A stretch of DNA of 64,000 nt from Candidatus Multivoradales bacterium (GCA_965223155.1 CBDCVR010000015.1:320001-384000), one strand, 5' to 3'; shown: positions 1 to 10,704, counted from the first letter of the stretch. Numbers and translations are program-made. Notes: a model not told the origin generated them from the sequence alone.

Positions 1-136
1 GTGTCCGCCCCAGGTTGCCGAGTTCGACTCGAGATCGAACCGCTCCGAATGCGGACTCAGGCTAGCTTACGGGTTTCGCCGTGTCAACGCGCCGGGCGGC
101 CGCGGCCTACCGGCCGAGCCTTGGAGGGCAATCCGG

Positions 137-1093
137 CTAGAGATCCAGGCCGTCCAGGACCCGGGACACCGCCCGCGCGCTCTGCATCACGTAGAAGTGC
201 ACCGAGGGCACGCCCCGGTTGAGCAGTTCTTCGGTCTGCTTGCGGGCCCAGTCGATCCCGATCTCCTGAACCTCGCGCTTGTCGGCCGCGTCGACCACGG
301 CGTCGGCCAGAGCGGCCGGCAGCTCGCAATGGAAGAGCTTGGGCAGGGTCGATACGTGGCGCTTCGTGGTCAAGACCTTGATGCCCGGAATGATGGGGAC
401 GTCGATGCCAAAGCTGCGGCAGCGGTCGACGTACTCGAAGTAGTGCTCGTTGTTGAAGAACATCTGGGTGACGATGTACGCGCCGCCCGCTTCGACCTTG
501 TTCTTAGTGTGCCGCAGATCGGTGTCCAGATTGGGCGCCTCGAAGTGCTTCTCGGGGTAGCCGGCCACGCCCACGCAGAAGTTCGAGGGCTCGGCGTCGA
601 TCAGGGTCTCCCCCTCGAGATACCGGCCTTGATTCATGCCTACGATCTGCTCGACCAGATCGGCCGCGAACCGGTTGGCCGAACGGCCCGGCTGGATCGG
701 CTTCTGGTAGCCGTTGTCGTCGCCTTTGATCGCCAGCACGTTCTGGATTCCCAGGTACTTCAACTCGATCAGGAAGTCCTCGGTCTCCTCGCGCGTGAAT
801 CCCTGGCAGAGCACGTGCGGCACCGCGTCGATCTCGTACTTGTTCTGCACCAGGGCGCAGATGCCGAGAGTGCCCGGGCGCTTGCGCTTGATCACCCTCC
901 GGATCCCATCCTCGGTCTCGTTGTAGATCACCTGAGCCGCGTGGCTGGTGATGTCGATGAAGGGCGGCCGGTACTTGGACAGATCCTCGATCAGCTCGAG
1001 GACCTTGCGCAGATTGCCGCCGCGCAGGGGCGGAATGATCTCGAAGCTGATGAGCGGCTTGCCGGCGCCCTCGAGATGCTCGATGACTTTCAT
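137..1093 (-). CDS. metF: 5,10-methylenetetrahydrofolate reductase
   Basis: ISFEIIPP, VAGYPEKHFEAP, TQMFF, IPIIPGI, VHFYVM motifs typical of MTHFR. Confidence 0.93.
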   Translation of the reverse strand: MKVIEHLEGAGKPLISFEIIPPLRGGNLRKVLELIEDLSKYRPPFIDITSHAAQVIYNETEDGIRRVIKRKRPGTLGICALVQNKYEIDAVPHVLCQGFTREETEDFLIELKYLGIQNVLAIKGDDNGYQKPIQPGRSANRFAADLVEQIVGMNQGRYLEGETLIDAEPSNFCVGVAGYPEKHFEAPNLDTDLRHTKNKVEAGGAYIVTQMFFNNEHYFEYVDRCRSFGIDVPIIPGIKVLTTKRHVSTLPKLFHCELPAALADAVVDAADKREVQEIGIDWARKQTEELLNRGVPSVHFYVMQSARAVSRVLDGLDL

Positions 1094-1115
1094 GGTCTCG
1101 TCCGGGAGTCTCGTT

Positions 1116-1595
1116 TCATCCTATCCGGCCCTCGCCGCGAGTGCCGGGCGGCGCAGTATACGGCAGCTCGCGGCGCCGCCACGGTAGAAAGCCGACCGCG
1201 AGTCCGAGCCAGCCCGCCAGGACGTCGATGAGCTCGAAGCCGCGGTGGGGCACCGGGATCTGGAGGACTTCCAAAGCAACGCAGAAGACGGCCAGGATCC
1301 AGAGCCACGGGCGCAGGCGAGCCGCGCCAAGCGCGGGACCTGGATCGGAAGCTCGACCCGCCCCGAGCCAGCCGCGACTGACGAGGATCGCCTGGACGAG
1401 AAACAGGATCACGTGCGCCGAGAGCTCCAGGGCCTCGATCCAACGCTCGTCCGCTTCCTTCCCGATCGGGACCGGAGAACCGGGCATCAGGAGCAGCACA
1501 GTGGTCCCGACCGCCCACAGCCCGGCCGCCGCCCGCCACAATCCCGCACGGCCCGGCCGGCTGAGTGGCGCACCTTCGCTCGACTCGATCGCCAT
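1116..1595 (-). CDS. VanZ-like membrane protein
   Basis: Four hydrophobic segments; AH..LF and LEVLQIPVPHRGFELIDVLAGWLG match the VanZ E..Q...P.R....D pattern. Confidence 0.7.
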   Translation of the reverse strand: MAIESSEGAPLSRPGRAGLWRAAAGLWAVGTTVLLLMPGSPVPIGKEADERWIEALELSAHVILFLVQAILVSRGWLGAGRASDPGPALGAARLRPWLWILAVFCVALEVLQIPVPHRGFELIDVLAGWLGLAVGFLPWRRRELPYTAPPGTRGEGRIG

Positions 1596-1624
1596 CCTTT
1601 CCTTTCCGCGTGTGATGGAATTCA

Positions 1625-3292
1625 GTGGTTCGGCCGATGATTTGGGAAAATCGGTCGACCGGCCCGTCGTTTCGCATGATAGCCCGCAAGACCGCAGGAT
1701 CCACTTCGCCTTCGCGCCTCGGATTCCGGGTCGCGATCGGCCTCGCGGCCGCCGTCCTGGCGGTCGTAGCCGTCACTCAGTTCCGGGCGCTCCGGGGTAC
1801 CCAGGACAGCACGGCGAAAAGGCTCCGGTCCGCCGGATCCGCCGCGCGCAACCCCGAGGTTCTGACCGACATCGGCCGCGAGACCGACCGCGGCTTCGTC
1901 GCCCTACGCGCGGCACGCCTGCTTCTGGCCGAGGAGCTCGACCGGTCCTGGATGGACGAGCTTCCGGACGACGAGCGGCGGCAAGCCGAAGCCGGCGCCC
2001 GCCAGCGCCTGGAACGGGCCGGCGCTGCCGCTCGCGAAGTCCTGGCGAGCCGACCGGCGTCGTGGCAGGCACACATGGTCGCCGGCGCCTCCCAGTACCT
2101 GCTGGCCTCTCGCTACGGTTCGCGCAATCCGTGGAGCTCGCGCGCCGCGTGGGAGCCGCCTCTGCGGGCAGCGATTGGAATTGCGCCCGCTCAGCCCGAG
2201 CCCAGGCGGCTGCTGGCCGCGCTGCTCTTGAACGAATGGTCTCTGGCCACCCCGGCCCAGCGTGCGGAGGCCGTGGCCCTCCTGGCCAAAGCCTTCGAAG
2301 ACCGTACAACCTTCAAGCTCTACCTCCCGGTGTGGCTACGCCTCGCGGCCACCTTCGATCAGCTGGTCGAGGTGATTCCCAACCGTCCCGCCAACTGGAA
2401 CGATCTGGAACAGCTCTTGGCGTCCAAAGGCGACTGGGAGCGCTACGCGCGCGTTCGCTCGCTGCGCGACCTCAGCTCTCTGGCCGCGGCAGAAACACTG
2501 ATCGAACTGGGCATCGAGCAGCGCCGTTTTGGCGACCGCTCGGGAGCGCAGCGCAGCATCCTGGCCGCGGTCGATCTTCTGCCGGTTCGACTGGACGCCT
2601 TTCCGCTCCTGGAGCGTGCGGCACGAGAGCTGCCCAGCGCTCCCGAGCGGCCGGCGGCACAGCGCCGGTTCTCACGATGGTTCGACTGGATCTGGGAGCA
2701 GTGCTCTCTGGCGGCCTGCCCCGCCGCCGAGACCGCCGCGACGCTGGCCCGCCTGGGGAGCCGCACGTCGGCCGCCGAACAGGCCCTGTGCCACCTGATC
2801 GGAGGCGATGAAGCCGCCGCGGCCGAGCTGGAGGCCCGCTCGCTACGCTCGGGCGACCCGGCCTGGACGCGCTACCTGCTCCTCAAGGCCCGCCTTGCGC
2901 TGACCGACGACGACGCGGAGACGGCCGCAACCGCGCTCGATCGGGTGCCGCGTGCCTGGCGGCACCGCGGCGCCTGGTTCGCGGCGGCACGCGGCAAAGC
3001 CCGCGCCGACGGCATCGCCGTGGCCGATCGTGGTGATTCGGGCTGGATCGAAGAGGAAGTCCTCCGCCGGGAGTTTCTGCGCGGCGAAGCCAGCCGCGTG
3101 GAGCTGCGCTTCCCCCCCGAGACGGTTCCCGGGGTGATCGAGATCGACCTCAACGGCGGGCTCGCCCAGTACCGAGTCGTCGGGCCCGGCACCGTTCTCC
3201 GGGTGCCCCTGCCGGCCGCCGAGCTCTGCTACCTGGACCTGCGCTGGCTGACCTCCCGATCGGGACCGCCACCCCGCTTCGAGCTCGCCTGA
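1625..3292 (+). CDS. hypothetical membrane-anchored helical-repeat (TPR-like) protein; start may be 1637 or 1676
   Basis: Long ORF with one N-terminal TM (VAIGLAAAVLAVVAV), then Ala/Leu/Arg-rich helices. Confidence 0.6.
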   Translation: MVRPMIWENRSTGPSFRMIARKTAGSTSPSRLGFRVAIGLAAAVLAVVAVTQFRALRGTQDSTAKRLRSAGSAARNPEVLTDIGRETDRGFVALRAARLLLAEELDRSWMDELPDDERRQAEAGARQRLERAGAAAREVLASRPASWQAHMVAGASQYLLASRYGSRNPWSSRAAWEPPLRAAIGIAPAQPEPRRLLAALLLNEWSLATPAQRAEAVALLAKAFEDRTTFKLYLPVWLRLAATFDQLVEVIPNRPANWNDLEQLLASKGDWERYARVRSLRDLSSLAAAETLIELGIEQRRFGDRSGAQRSILAAVDLLPVRLDAFPLLERAARELPSAPERPAAQRRFSRWFDWIWEQCSLAACPAAETAATLARLGSRTSAAEQALCHLIGGDEAAAAELEARSLRSGDPAWTRYLLLKARLALTDDDAETAATALDRVPRAWRHRGAWFAAARGKARADGIAVADRGDSGWIEEEVLRREFLRGEASRVELRFPPETVPGVIEIDLNGGLAQYRVVGPGTVLRVPLPAAELCYLDLRWLTSRSGPPPRFELA

Positions 3293-4698
3293 GAACCGGA
3301 CGGGGCCGTCTTCGCGGCCGGCCCAGGCCGGATCGCCAGCGCCGCGCCGGTCAGCGCCGCCAGCCCAAGCGCGTTGCCAAGAAGACTCAGACCGAAGTCG
3401 AAGGCCGCATGGACGCCGGTCGCGGCGATGCAGCCCAGCACCGCCACGGCGAACCAGCGATCCTCGCTCACGCGTGCCGTCAACGCCCGGCGCCTCAGGC
3501 TCCAGGCAAGCCAGCCCAGGGCGAATGCGGCGACGGCTCCTCCAAGGACTCCTCCCGTCGCCAGGAGCTCGACATATTCGTTGTGGGCCTTGATCCAGAC
3601 GGTGCCGCCAAGCTGCGGTCGCTGCACCATCGGGTAGGCATCCCGAAACGTTCCGAGGCCCGTGCCCAAGACGGGGAATCGGCGGACCAGATCCCAGGAG
3701 TCGGTCCAGACCAGCAGCCGCTCGCTCCAGGCCACGTCGGCCAGGGTCGTCGTCGACAGCCGCTCGAAGAAGCGGCCGGGCCCGACCCAGGCGAGAAAGC
3801 CAGCGACGCCGGTCACCGGTATGGCGAGAGCCAGGAGCGCCCGTTTGCGGTCGGTGCCTCCGAGCAGAAAGAGCAGCTCGACGATGGCCGCGACAACGAC
3901 CGCGGCAAGCGCCGCGCGCGATCCGGTCAAGGTCAGGCCGGCGACGGTCAGGACCACAACCGCGGTCGCCACGATCACCCAGATCGCTCGCCGGTCGGGC
4001 AGTCCGGCCCAACGCTTCGACGTGGCCGTCCACAGGACGCAGCCGAGAGCGCAGGCAAAGCCCATCTCGAGCAGCGTGGCGAGATGGTCGGGATTGACGT
4101 ACGTGCCTCGCAACCGCGGCACTTCGCCCCGAACGTAAGGGACCAGCCCGAGGCCGAGCTGGAGCAGCGCCGTGCCTCCGATCGTCCCCATCAGAACGCG
4201 CCGGTAGCGGCGGCCGGAACCAGCTCCGCCTCGCGAGCCGTCGGCGCAGACCACGCAGGCGGCCAGAACCGCCAACCCGAGCACGAGGCACCTGGCGGCA
4301 TAGGTCCGCGACAAAGCCGGCGACAGCGACAGGGGCAGCAGGGCGGAAGTCTCATCGGGCGCGAGTACTTCCCGAGCCAATCCGGCCAGGCGCGCATGTT
4401 CTGGAGACACCAGACCGACGAATCCGGCCGGCCAGGACGCACTCTGAAGAAGCGCCTGACCGGCTAGCAGTCCGAACGCGGCCACCAGCCAGAGCGCCGC
4501 CTTGGTGCCGCCCCCCGAAGCCGCTGCCAAAGCCGCCAGCAGACCCAGCACGGCCACCGCCAGACGGCCCAGCAAGATGCCCATCGGCGTGGCGCCGCCG
4601 TACAGCAGCGACAGGCCCAAGAGCGCCGCCGCGAGCAGCACCACACCCGCCAGGCGGGGTGTGGGACAGAACGGTATGATCCGGCGGTCCCTGGTCAC
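3229..4698 (-). CDS. O-antigen ligase / O-oligosaccharyltransferase family (Wzy_C) protein
   Basis: Multi-TM; GTYVNPDH, TGSRAA, R..VW, PVLGTGLGTF, AHNEYVE motifs. Confidence 0.88.
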   Translation of the reverse strand: MTRDRRIIPFCPTPRLAGVVLLAAALLGLSLLYGGATPMGILLGRLAVAVLGLLAALAAASGGGTKAALWLVAAFGLLAGQALLQSASWPAGFVGLVSPEHARLAGLAREVLAPDETSALLPLSLSPALSRTYAARCLVLGLAVLAACVVCADGSRGGAGSGRRYRRVLMGTIGGTALLQLGLGLVPYVRGEVPRLRGTYVNPDHLATLLEMGFACALGCVLWTATSKRWAGLPDRRAIWVIVATAVVVLTVAGLTLTGSRAALAAVVVAAIVELLFLLGGTDRKRALLALAIPVTGVAGFLAWVGPGRFFERLSTTTLADVAWSERLLVWTDSWDLVRRFPVLGTGLGTFRDAYPMVQRPQLGGTVWIKAHNEYVELLATGGVLGGAVAAFALGWLAWSLRRRALTARVSEDRWFAVAVLGCIAATGVHAAFDFGLSLLGNALGLAALTGAALAIRPGPAAKTAPSGSQASSKRGGGPDREVSQRRSR

Positions 4699-4727
4699 GG
4701 CCCGCCAAGAATACCGCTGGAGACACC

Positions 4728-6020
4728 ATGCCCCGAAGCGCCCACCTCGCCGCCCTGACCCTCGCCGGCCTGGCCCTCTTGCCCTTCAGCGCCCCGGCTC
4801 TCCGCGCTCAGTACGAGCAGTTCTCCCCCACAGGCTCGGGCAGCGAGTCGGACGCCACGACCTCCGACAAGGCGCAGGACACCTTCGAGAACGCCCGGTG
4901 GAAGATCGGCAACCTCCGACTCGAGCCGTCCCTCGAGCTCCGCAACGTGGGAGTGTTCGTCAACGTCTTCTCCGATTCGGATACCGAGACCGAAGCCACC
5001 GACGACGCCCGAGCAACCCTGGGCGCCGGCCTGACCGCCGCCGTGGGTGTCGGCCCCAAGTCCTTCCTGTCTGCCTACGTGGCGCCGGAGTACTCCTGGT
5101 GGCGCGATACCGAGGAGCTGCGCCAGTTCAATCTAAACTACGGCGTCGGCTGGTTCGCCTACTTCAACCGCTTGACCCTGGCGATCGATGTCGCGGACCA
5201 CGAGAGGGAGCGAGAGCTGGCCACTGAGGTGGACGTGCCAGTCCAGATCGCGAACGAGACCCAGCGCCTCAGGGCCGACCTCCACGTCACCGACCGTCTG
5301 GATCTGGTCGCCTCAGCGTCGGCCTCCACGATCCGGCATTCCCGAGAGATCGAGGACTTCGTATCGGGCATTCGTCCGGACTTCCTCGATCGGGAGACCG
5401 AGACTACAGCCGCGGGCTTTCTCTACAGCGCCGACAAATGGCGATTCGGCGCGGGCGCCGAGCGGCTACGCACCGAGTTGGACGACCCCACCGACCCCCG
5501 CACCGGCGAGAGCACCAGCCCGTACGTGATCTGGGGCTTGACTGGCAATCGCATCGATATCCACGCCAGAATCGAAGAGCGTCGTCTGGAATTCGACCGG
5601 GGCGATCTCGAAAGCTCCGATCAGACAGTGGGCTCGGTGCGGGCCGAGATCGAAGCCGGAAGCAAGACGCGACTCTCGGCCTACGCGCTCCGGAGCGTGG
5701 CGCTGGCCGTGCGCGACCGCGAAGCGATCCTCCGAAACGACACGTTCGGCGTCCGGGCGGCGCTGCAGCCGGCGGAACGTTGGAATTTCGCGCTGACCGC
5801 CGAGACCACTGACTTGAATTTCTCGCTAGCGTCGAGCTCGACTCGTAACGACACTCTGGATTCGTATTCCGCGCACCTGAATTGGGACATCTCACCCAAG
5901 CTCACGGCCATCTTGCGGGCTGGACGGCTGGAGTGGCAGTCGACGCTGGAGGAGTTCAACCGCTCCGAGACCCAAGTCGGCCTGGGTCTGAGCCTGACCG
6001 AGGACCTTCTCCCCTGGTAG
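4728..6020 (+). CDS. outer-membrane beta-barrel protein associated with EPS export
   Basis: Signal peptide, amphipathic beta-strands, terminal Trp, directly upstream of wza/wzc. Confidence 0.75.
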   Translation: MPRSAHLAALTLAGLALLPFSAPALRAQYEQFSPTGSGSESDATTSDKAQDTFENARWKIGNLRLEPSLELRNVGVFVNVFSDSDTETEATDDARATLGAGLTAAVGVGPKSFLSAYVAPEYSWWRDTEELRQFNLNYGVGWFAYFNRLTLAIDVADHERERELATEVDVPVQIANETQRLRADLHVTDRLDLVASASASTIRHSREIEDFVSGIRPDFLDRETETTAAGFLYSADKWRFGAGAERLRTELDDPTDPRTGESTSPYVIWGLTGNRIDIHARIEERRLEFDRGDLESSDQTVGSVRAEIEAGSKTRLSAYALRSVALAVRDREAILRNDTFGVRAALQPAERWNFALTAETTDLNFSLASSSTRNDTLDSYSAHLNWDISPKLTAILRAGRLEWQSTLEEFNRSETQVGLGLSLTEDLLPW

Positions 6021-6051
6021 GGCCGCAAGCGCCAGCCGGTATACTTGCCGG

Positions 6052-6888
6052 ATGGCGCGCTGGGCTCGCGGAACCTTCATCCTCCTGAGCGGCCTCTGCG
6101 CCGTTGCACCGGCTCTTGCGCAGTCGGCAGACGGCTCGGCAACCGCCTACCGCATCGGCGCCAAGGACAAGGTCCGCATCGAGGTCCTGGAGGACAGCGC
6201 CCTCAATACCGAGACCCGTGTCGATGAGCTGGGCGATATCGAGATCCCGCGGGTCGGAACGGTCCGCGTCAACGGCCTGACTCGAGACGAGGCGAGGCTC
6301 GCAGTCCAGGAGCGGCTCGAACGCTACCTACAAAGGGCGACCGTTACCCTCGAGATCACCGAGTATCGAGCGCAGCCGATCACGGTTCTCGGAGCCGTCG
6401 CCAGACCTGGGCCTCTGCCGTTCTCCAGCCGCTGGACCCTGCTCGAGGCGATCATGGAAGCCGGCGGCCCCGAGGCACAAGCAGGAGACACGATCTTCGT
6501 CACCCGGCGTGCCAATACCGGGCTTTCCGACCAGATCGCGATCTCGCGGCGGGACCTGCTGGACCGTGCCGACCCCACGGTCGACATCCCTCTGGCTCCC
6601 AACGATCTCGTCAATCTGGCGCCCGCGACCAAGGTCATCATCTACTCCATGGGAGAGTTCAACAAGGCCGGTGAGATCATCTTCCAAAGCAACGAGCGGA
6701 TCACGCTCTTGAGCCTGCTGGCCCGAGCCAACGGCCTGACCGACCGCGCGGCCGATGTCTTGATCATCAGGCGGGGCCAAACCGGGCAGGAGATCCGCAT
6801 CAGCGCCAAGAAGCTCATCGCCGGCAAGGTCGATGACGTCCCGCTCCACGACGGAGACGTGGTCCGAGCCAAGGAATCTTTCTTTTGA
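6052..6888 (+). CDS. wza: polysaccharide export protein (Poly_export + SLBB)
   Basis: YRIGAKDKVRIEV, V.G.V.RPG, TLLEAIMEAGG, DVPLHDGDVV..KESFF. Confidence 0.85.
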   Translation: MARWARGTFILLSGLCAVAPALAQSADGSATAYRIGAKDKVRIEVLEDSALNTETRVDELGDIEIPRVGTVRVNGLTRDEARLAVQERLERYLQRATVTLEITEYRAQPITVLGAVARPGPLPFSSRWTLLEAIMEAGGPEAQAGDTIFVTRRANTGLSDQIAISRRDLLDRADPTVDIPLAPNDLVNLAPATKVIIYSMGEFNKAGEIIFQSNERITLLSLLARANGLTDRAADVLIIRRGQTGQEIRISAKKLIAGKVDDVPLHDGDVVRAKESFF

Positions 6889-9113
6889 AGACCGAAGACA
6901 TCCTGACCGGAGGAGCGCCGCCGGCCGAGGAGGCGACCTTCAACTTCGATCTGCGCGAGTACCTGCGGATCGTCACCTCCCGCTGGCCGCTGATCCTGGC
7001 GATCACCTTGGCGTCGCTGGTCCTGGCCCTGGTACGTTTCTACCTGACGCCTCCGGCGTATCGGGCCACGGCTCTGTTGCAGATCGAGCAGCGCAGTCCG
7101 GTGGCGCTGAGCGGCGAGCGCAATCCCTACGTCGAGGCCTATCTGCGCCAGACCTACTTCCCGACCCAGTTCCGCCTCTTGCGCAGCCGCAACCTGGCCG
7201 AGCGCACGGTCCGGAGCCTGGAGTTCCAGGTCGACGACGGCGCGGACACGCCGGCCGAGGACGAAGCCGAGATCGCCGCCAAGGCTCGCAGGATTCTCTC
7301 GGCGATTACCGTCGACCCCGTCTCGGGCACCGAGTTGGTCTCGATTCATCACATCTCTTCCGATCCGAAGCACAGCGCGGACGTCGTCAACACCCTCGCC
7401 CAGGAATTCATCAGCTGGAACATCGAGAACCGCGCGGGCATCGTGGATCGCACCTCGAACTTCCTGAACCTCGAGTTGGACCGGCTACGCCAGGAGATCA
7501 CGGACAAGGAAGCTCAACTCGCCGAGTACCAGCGCCGCTCGGACATCGTCTCGGCCGATCCGGGATCCAATCTGACGCTGCGCCGGCTGGAACAGCTCAA
7601 CTCGGACCTCCTGTCGGCGCGAAGTGAGACCCGAGCCCGGTTGAGCGCCCTGCGCGAGCTTTCCTCGCGTTCGCAAGAAGCGGTCGCCGACGCCGAGTCC
7701 AACGGGCTCGTGGGCGACATGCGGCGCAACCAGGTGCGGCTCGAGGCCGACTACGATTCGAAACTTCAGACCTATAAGCCCGACTGGCCCGACATGGTCG
7801 AGCTCAAGGCCTCCATCGACGACGCCGAGCGCGAGATCCTCGCGGCCATCGACCGCTACGTCGGCGAAGCCCGCACCCGGCTCCGCGGCGAGTACCAAGC
7901 CGCCCTGGGCAAGGAACGGGGGATCGAACGCGAGATCGATACCGTCAAGTCCCAGGCACTGGACTTCAACTCGGCCTCGGTCGAGTACAACAGCCTGCGG
8001 CTCGAGATCGACACCCGCCGGGAGCGCCAGGACGAGCTCCTGCGTCAGCTGGAAACCGCCGCCATGTCGGCGCGGATGTTCGACGACCGCCAGTCGAACG
8101 TGCGCGTCATCGAGAGCGCGCTGGTGCCGACCCGGCCCTTCCGGCCCTCGTTTCGCAATTCGGTGGTTTCGGGTTTGGCCCTCGGCCTGGCGCTGGGTAT
8201 CGGCCTGGCTCTCTTGCTGCATCTCCTGGACCGAACCGTCAAGACTCCGGAGGAGTTGGAGCGCTTACTGAAGCTGCCCCTCCTGGGCGTCATCCCCGAC
8301 GTCAGCGAGGGTTCCCGCGGCAGCGCCTACTACGGTTACTACGGCTATGGCCGCAAGCGCGGCAGCCGCTCGCGCGACAAGACCTCCGAGGCCATCGAAC
8401 AGGTCGAGCTGCTGCCGGCGATCCGGCCCCGCCTGGCCATCTGCGAGGCCTACCGGTCGCTACGTACCGCCTTGCTTCTGTCGAGCGCCGAAAAGCTGCG
8501 GCTCATCTCCATTACCTCCGCCGAGTCGGGAGAAGGCAAGACCACGACCGCCACCAACCTGGCCGTGGTGCTGGCCCAGCTCGGCAAGCAGGTCCTGCTG
8601 ATCGATGCCGACCTGCGCAAGCCTCGTCTTCACAAGGTCTTCGGCGAGTCCAACCAGGCGGGACTCGTCAACTCGTTGACCGGCACGGTGCAACCCGAGG
8701 AGCTCATCCGGTCGACTTCGGTGCCCAACCTGTTCCTCAGCCCCGCGGGTCCCCATCCGCCGAATCCCTCCGAGCTCTTGGCCTCCGAGCGAATGCGCGC
8801 CTTCCTGGAGTTCGCGCAGCAGAAGTTCGACATGGTGGTCATCGACACGCCGCCGGTTCTGGCGGTGACCGACGCGGTTATCGTGGCTCGATTCTGTGAC
8901 GGCGTCGTACTCTGCTTCCGGGCCGAGAAGGTTCTCCGGGAGGACGTCAAGAGCTGCCGCAACCGCTTGCAGATGGCCGACACTCGCATCCTCGGCGCGA
9001 TCTTGAACCGGCATCAGCCGGCCAAGGGAGGTGGGTACGGTCGCCGGTACCGCCACTACTACGAAGCCTACGGCGAAGGCGAAGACGACGCCCGCGACTC
9101 GTCGGCAGCCTGA
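6885..9113 (+). CDS. wzc: polysaccharide co-polymerase / BY tyrosine autokinase
   Basis: DLREYLRI N-terminus, two TMs, coiled periplasmic domain, GEGKTT, LIDADLRKP, VIDTPP, C-terminal Tyr cluster. Confidence 0.93.
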   Translation: MKTEDILTGGAPPAEEATFNFDLREYLRIVTSRWPLILAITLASLVLALVRFYLTPPAYRATALLQIEQRSPVALSGERNPYVEAYLRQTYFPTQFRLLRSRNLAERTVRSLEFQVDDGADTPAEDEAEIAAKARRILSAITVDPVSGTELVSIHHISSDPKHSADVVNTLAQEFISWNIENRAGIVDRTSNFLNLELDRLRQEITDKEAQLAEYQRRSDIVSADPGSNLTLRRLEQLNSDLLSARSETRARLSALRELSSRSQEAVADAESNGLVGDMRRNQVRLEADYDSKLQTYKPDWPDMVELKASIDDAEREILAAIDRYVGEARTRLRGEYQAALGKERGIEREIDTVKSQALDFNSASVEYNSLRLEIDTRRERQDELLRQLETAAMSARMFDDRQSNVRVIESALVPTRPFRPSFRNSVVSGLALGLALGIGLALLLHLLDRTVKTPEELERLLKLPLLGVIPDVSEGSRGSAYYGYYGYGRKRGSRSRDKTSEAIEQVELLPAIRPRLAICEAYRSLRTALLLSSAEKLRLISITSAESGEGKTTTATNLAVVLAQLGKQVLLIDADLRKPRLHKVFGESNQAGLVNSLTGTVQPEELIRSTSVPNLFLSPAGPHPPNPSELLASERMRAFLEFAQQKFDMVVIDTPPVLAVTDAVIVARFCDGVVLCFRAEKVLREDVKSCRNRLQMADTRILGAILNRHQPAKGGGYGRRYRHYYEAYGEGEDDARDSSAA

Positions 9114-9254
9114 CGCGTTTCGATCCACCCGCTCGCGAGCCGGCCTCATTCCAGCCCACGTGAGGGCCTTGGTACACTGCTTGCTGGCTACGCGGCCGAG
9201 GGCGCGAGGCCTCGGCCGCGGATCTTCCGGCCGATCCACAACCCCGCGACAGCC

Positions 9255-10703
9255 ATGATCGAGCGCATTTCGCAAGGAGTACTCAGCCCGGTCCTCGTCC
9301 TCGGCCTGCTGGTGCTTGCTCCGGCCGAACCTCTGGCCGCCGCCGACCCGTTCTACGAATCTCTCGCCACCCGCGGCGCACGCGAGCTGGCCCGCGGGAA
9401 CCCGGCCGAAGCCGCCCGGCTCCTTCGACTCGCCTGTTTCGGCATGCTCGAAGAACCGGTCGAGCTAGCCGGATGCCTCGTCGACCTGGCCGAAAGCCAG
9501 GCCGCCGCCGGGGACGAGCAGGCTCTCCGCCAAACCCTGGACCGCGTCCTCGAGATCGAGGATCGCTTTGCCACCCTCGACCGGCTCCCCCAAGACGACC
9601 AAGAAACCTTCGCCGAGTTGGCATCGGATCGACTTCCGGCCGCCGTCCTGCGGGCCTATCCAGGCCTTGCCACCCTTGTTCCCGAAGCACCCGCTCCGGT
9701 CATCCGCATGCCGCCGAAGCAGGCTCGCCGCGCCCTGGAGCGAGCGCTCCGCGCCAATCCCGGAAACACCGAGGCGATGTACCGGCTCGCCGTGCTCGAG
9801 CGTGGGCGCGGCAAGCGGGGCCGGGCGATCGAGCTCTTGGAGCGGCTCCTGGCCGCTGAGCCGGAGCACGGACCGGGCCGCTGCCTACGCGCCGACCTTG
9901 GGATCGAAGAACGATCCTGCCAGCCTGCCGTAGCGACATTCGCGACCTGCACCGAGCTGGGCCGGCGCACCGAGGACCGCATCTTCCTGCTCGAGTGCCT
10001 TGCCGGAGCCGAACGCTGGAACGAGGCGGACCACCTCTGGACGCGGCTCACCAGCGTCGAGCGTCAGCTCCCGCGCGCTGCCAGAGTCCACCAAGAGCTC
10101 GAGGCGCACTCCCCGCGGCAAGCCGCCGCGCAACCTGGGCCTGGGACGGAGCCCGAAGCCGAGCCCGCAAACGGGGACCCCGCCCCGGGAACCGAAGGGC
10201 CGGTCGATGCGGCTGCCCCCAACGCTTCCGCGGACGCCGAGACCATCCAACCCGGGCCCGACCCAACCGGAGGAGCCGCGACCGAGGCGCCGGCCGATCC
10301 GGACGACGCGCCCCGAGATCTTCCCTCAGACCTCGACGGCCGCTTGGCCGCCATCCGCGAGGCACTCGAGAACGCCACCACCCCCGCGGATCTCGCGGAT
10401 CCCGGCTCCGAGGTGTCGCGGCTGGCGGACGCATACCCCCGAGCCACCGAGGCCCAGCTTCTGGCCGGCGAAGCCGCCTACCTGGGAGCGGACTGGGGCT
10501 CGGCCGCTGCCTATTTTCGCCGCGCCGGTGAGCTTCCGACCGACCGCCCCCTGCTGCTTTTCTACATAGCGGTGAGCCTCTACGAGAGCGGCGATCGGGA
10601 AGCCGCAGAGCCGGTGCTTCAGCTTGCCCTGCCTCACCTGAGCCGCAATTCCTTCGTGGACCGATACATCGGGCGGATCCTGGGGGGAACGGAACTCGAA
10701 TGA
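9255..10703 (+). CDS. secreted TPR-repeat protein with Pro/Ala/Asp-rich linker
   Basis: Signal peptide; ALRANPGNTEAMYRLA and similar TPR motifs; low-complexity linker. Confidence 0.75.
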   Translation: MIERISQGVLSPVLVLGLLVLAPAEPLAAADPFYESLATRGARELARGNPAEAARLLRLACFGMLEEPVELAGCLVDLAESQAAAGDEQALRQTLDRVLEIEDRFATLDRLPQDDQETFAELASDRLPAAVLRAYPGLATLVPEAPAPVIRMPPKQARRALERALRANPGNTEAMYRLAVLERGRGKRGRAIELLERLLAAEPEHGPGRCLRADLGIEERSCQPAVATFATCTELGRRTEDRIFLLECLAGAERWNEADHLWTRLTSVERQLPRAARVHQELEAHSPRQAAAQPGPGTEPEAEPANGDPAPGTEGPVDAAAPNASADAETIQPGPDPTGGAATEAPADPDDAPRDLPSDLDGRLAAIREALENATTPADLADPGSEVSRLADAYPRATEAQLLAGEAAYLGADWGSAAAYFRRAGELPTDRPLLLFYIAVSLYESGDREAAEPVLQLALPHLSRNSFVDRYIGRILGGTELE

Positions 10704-10704
10704 A

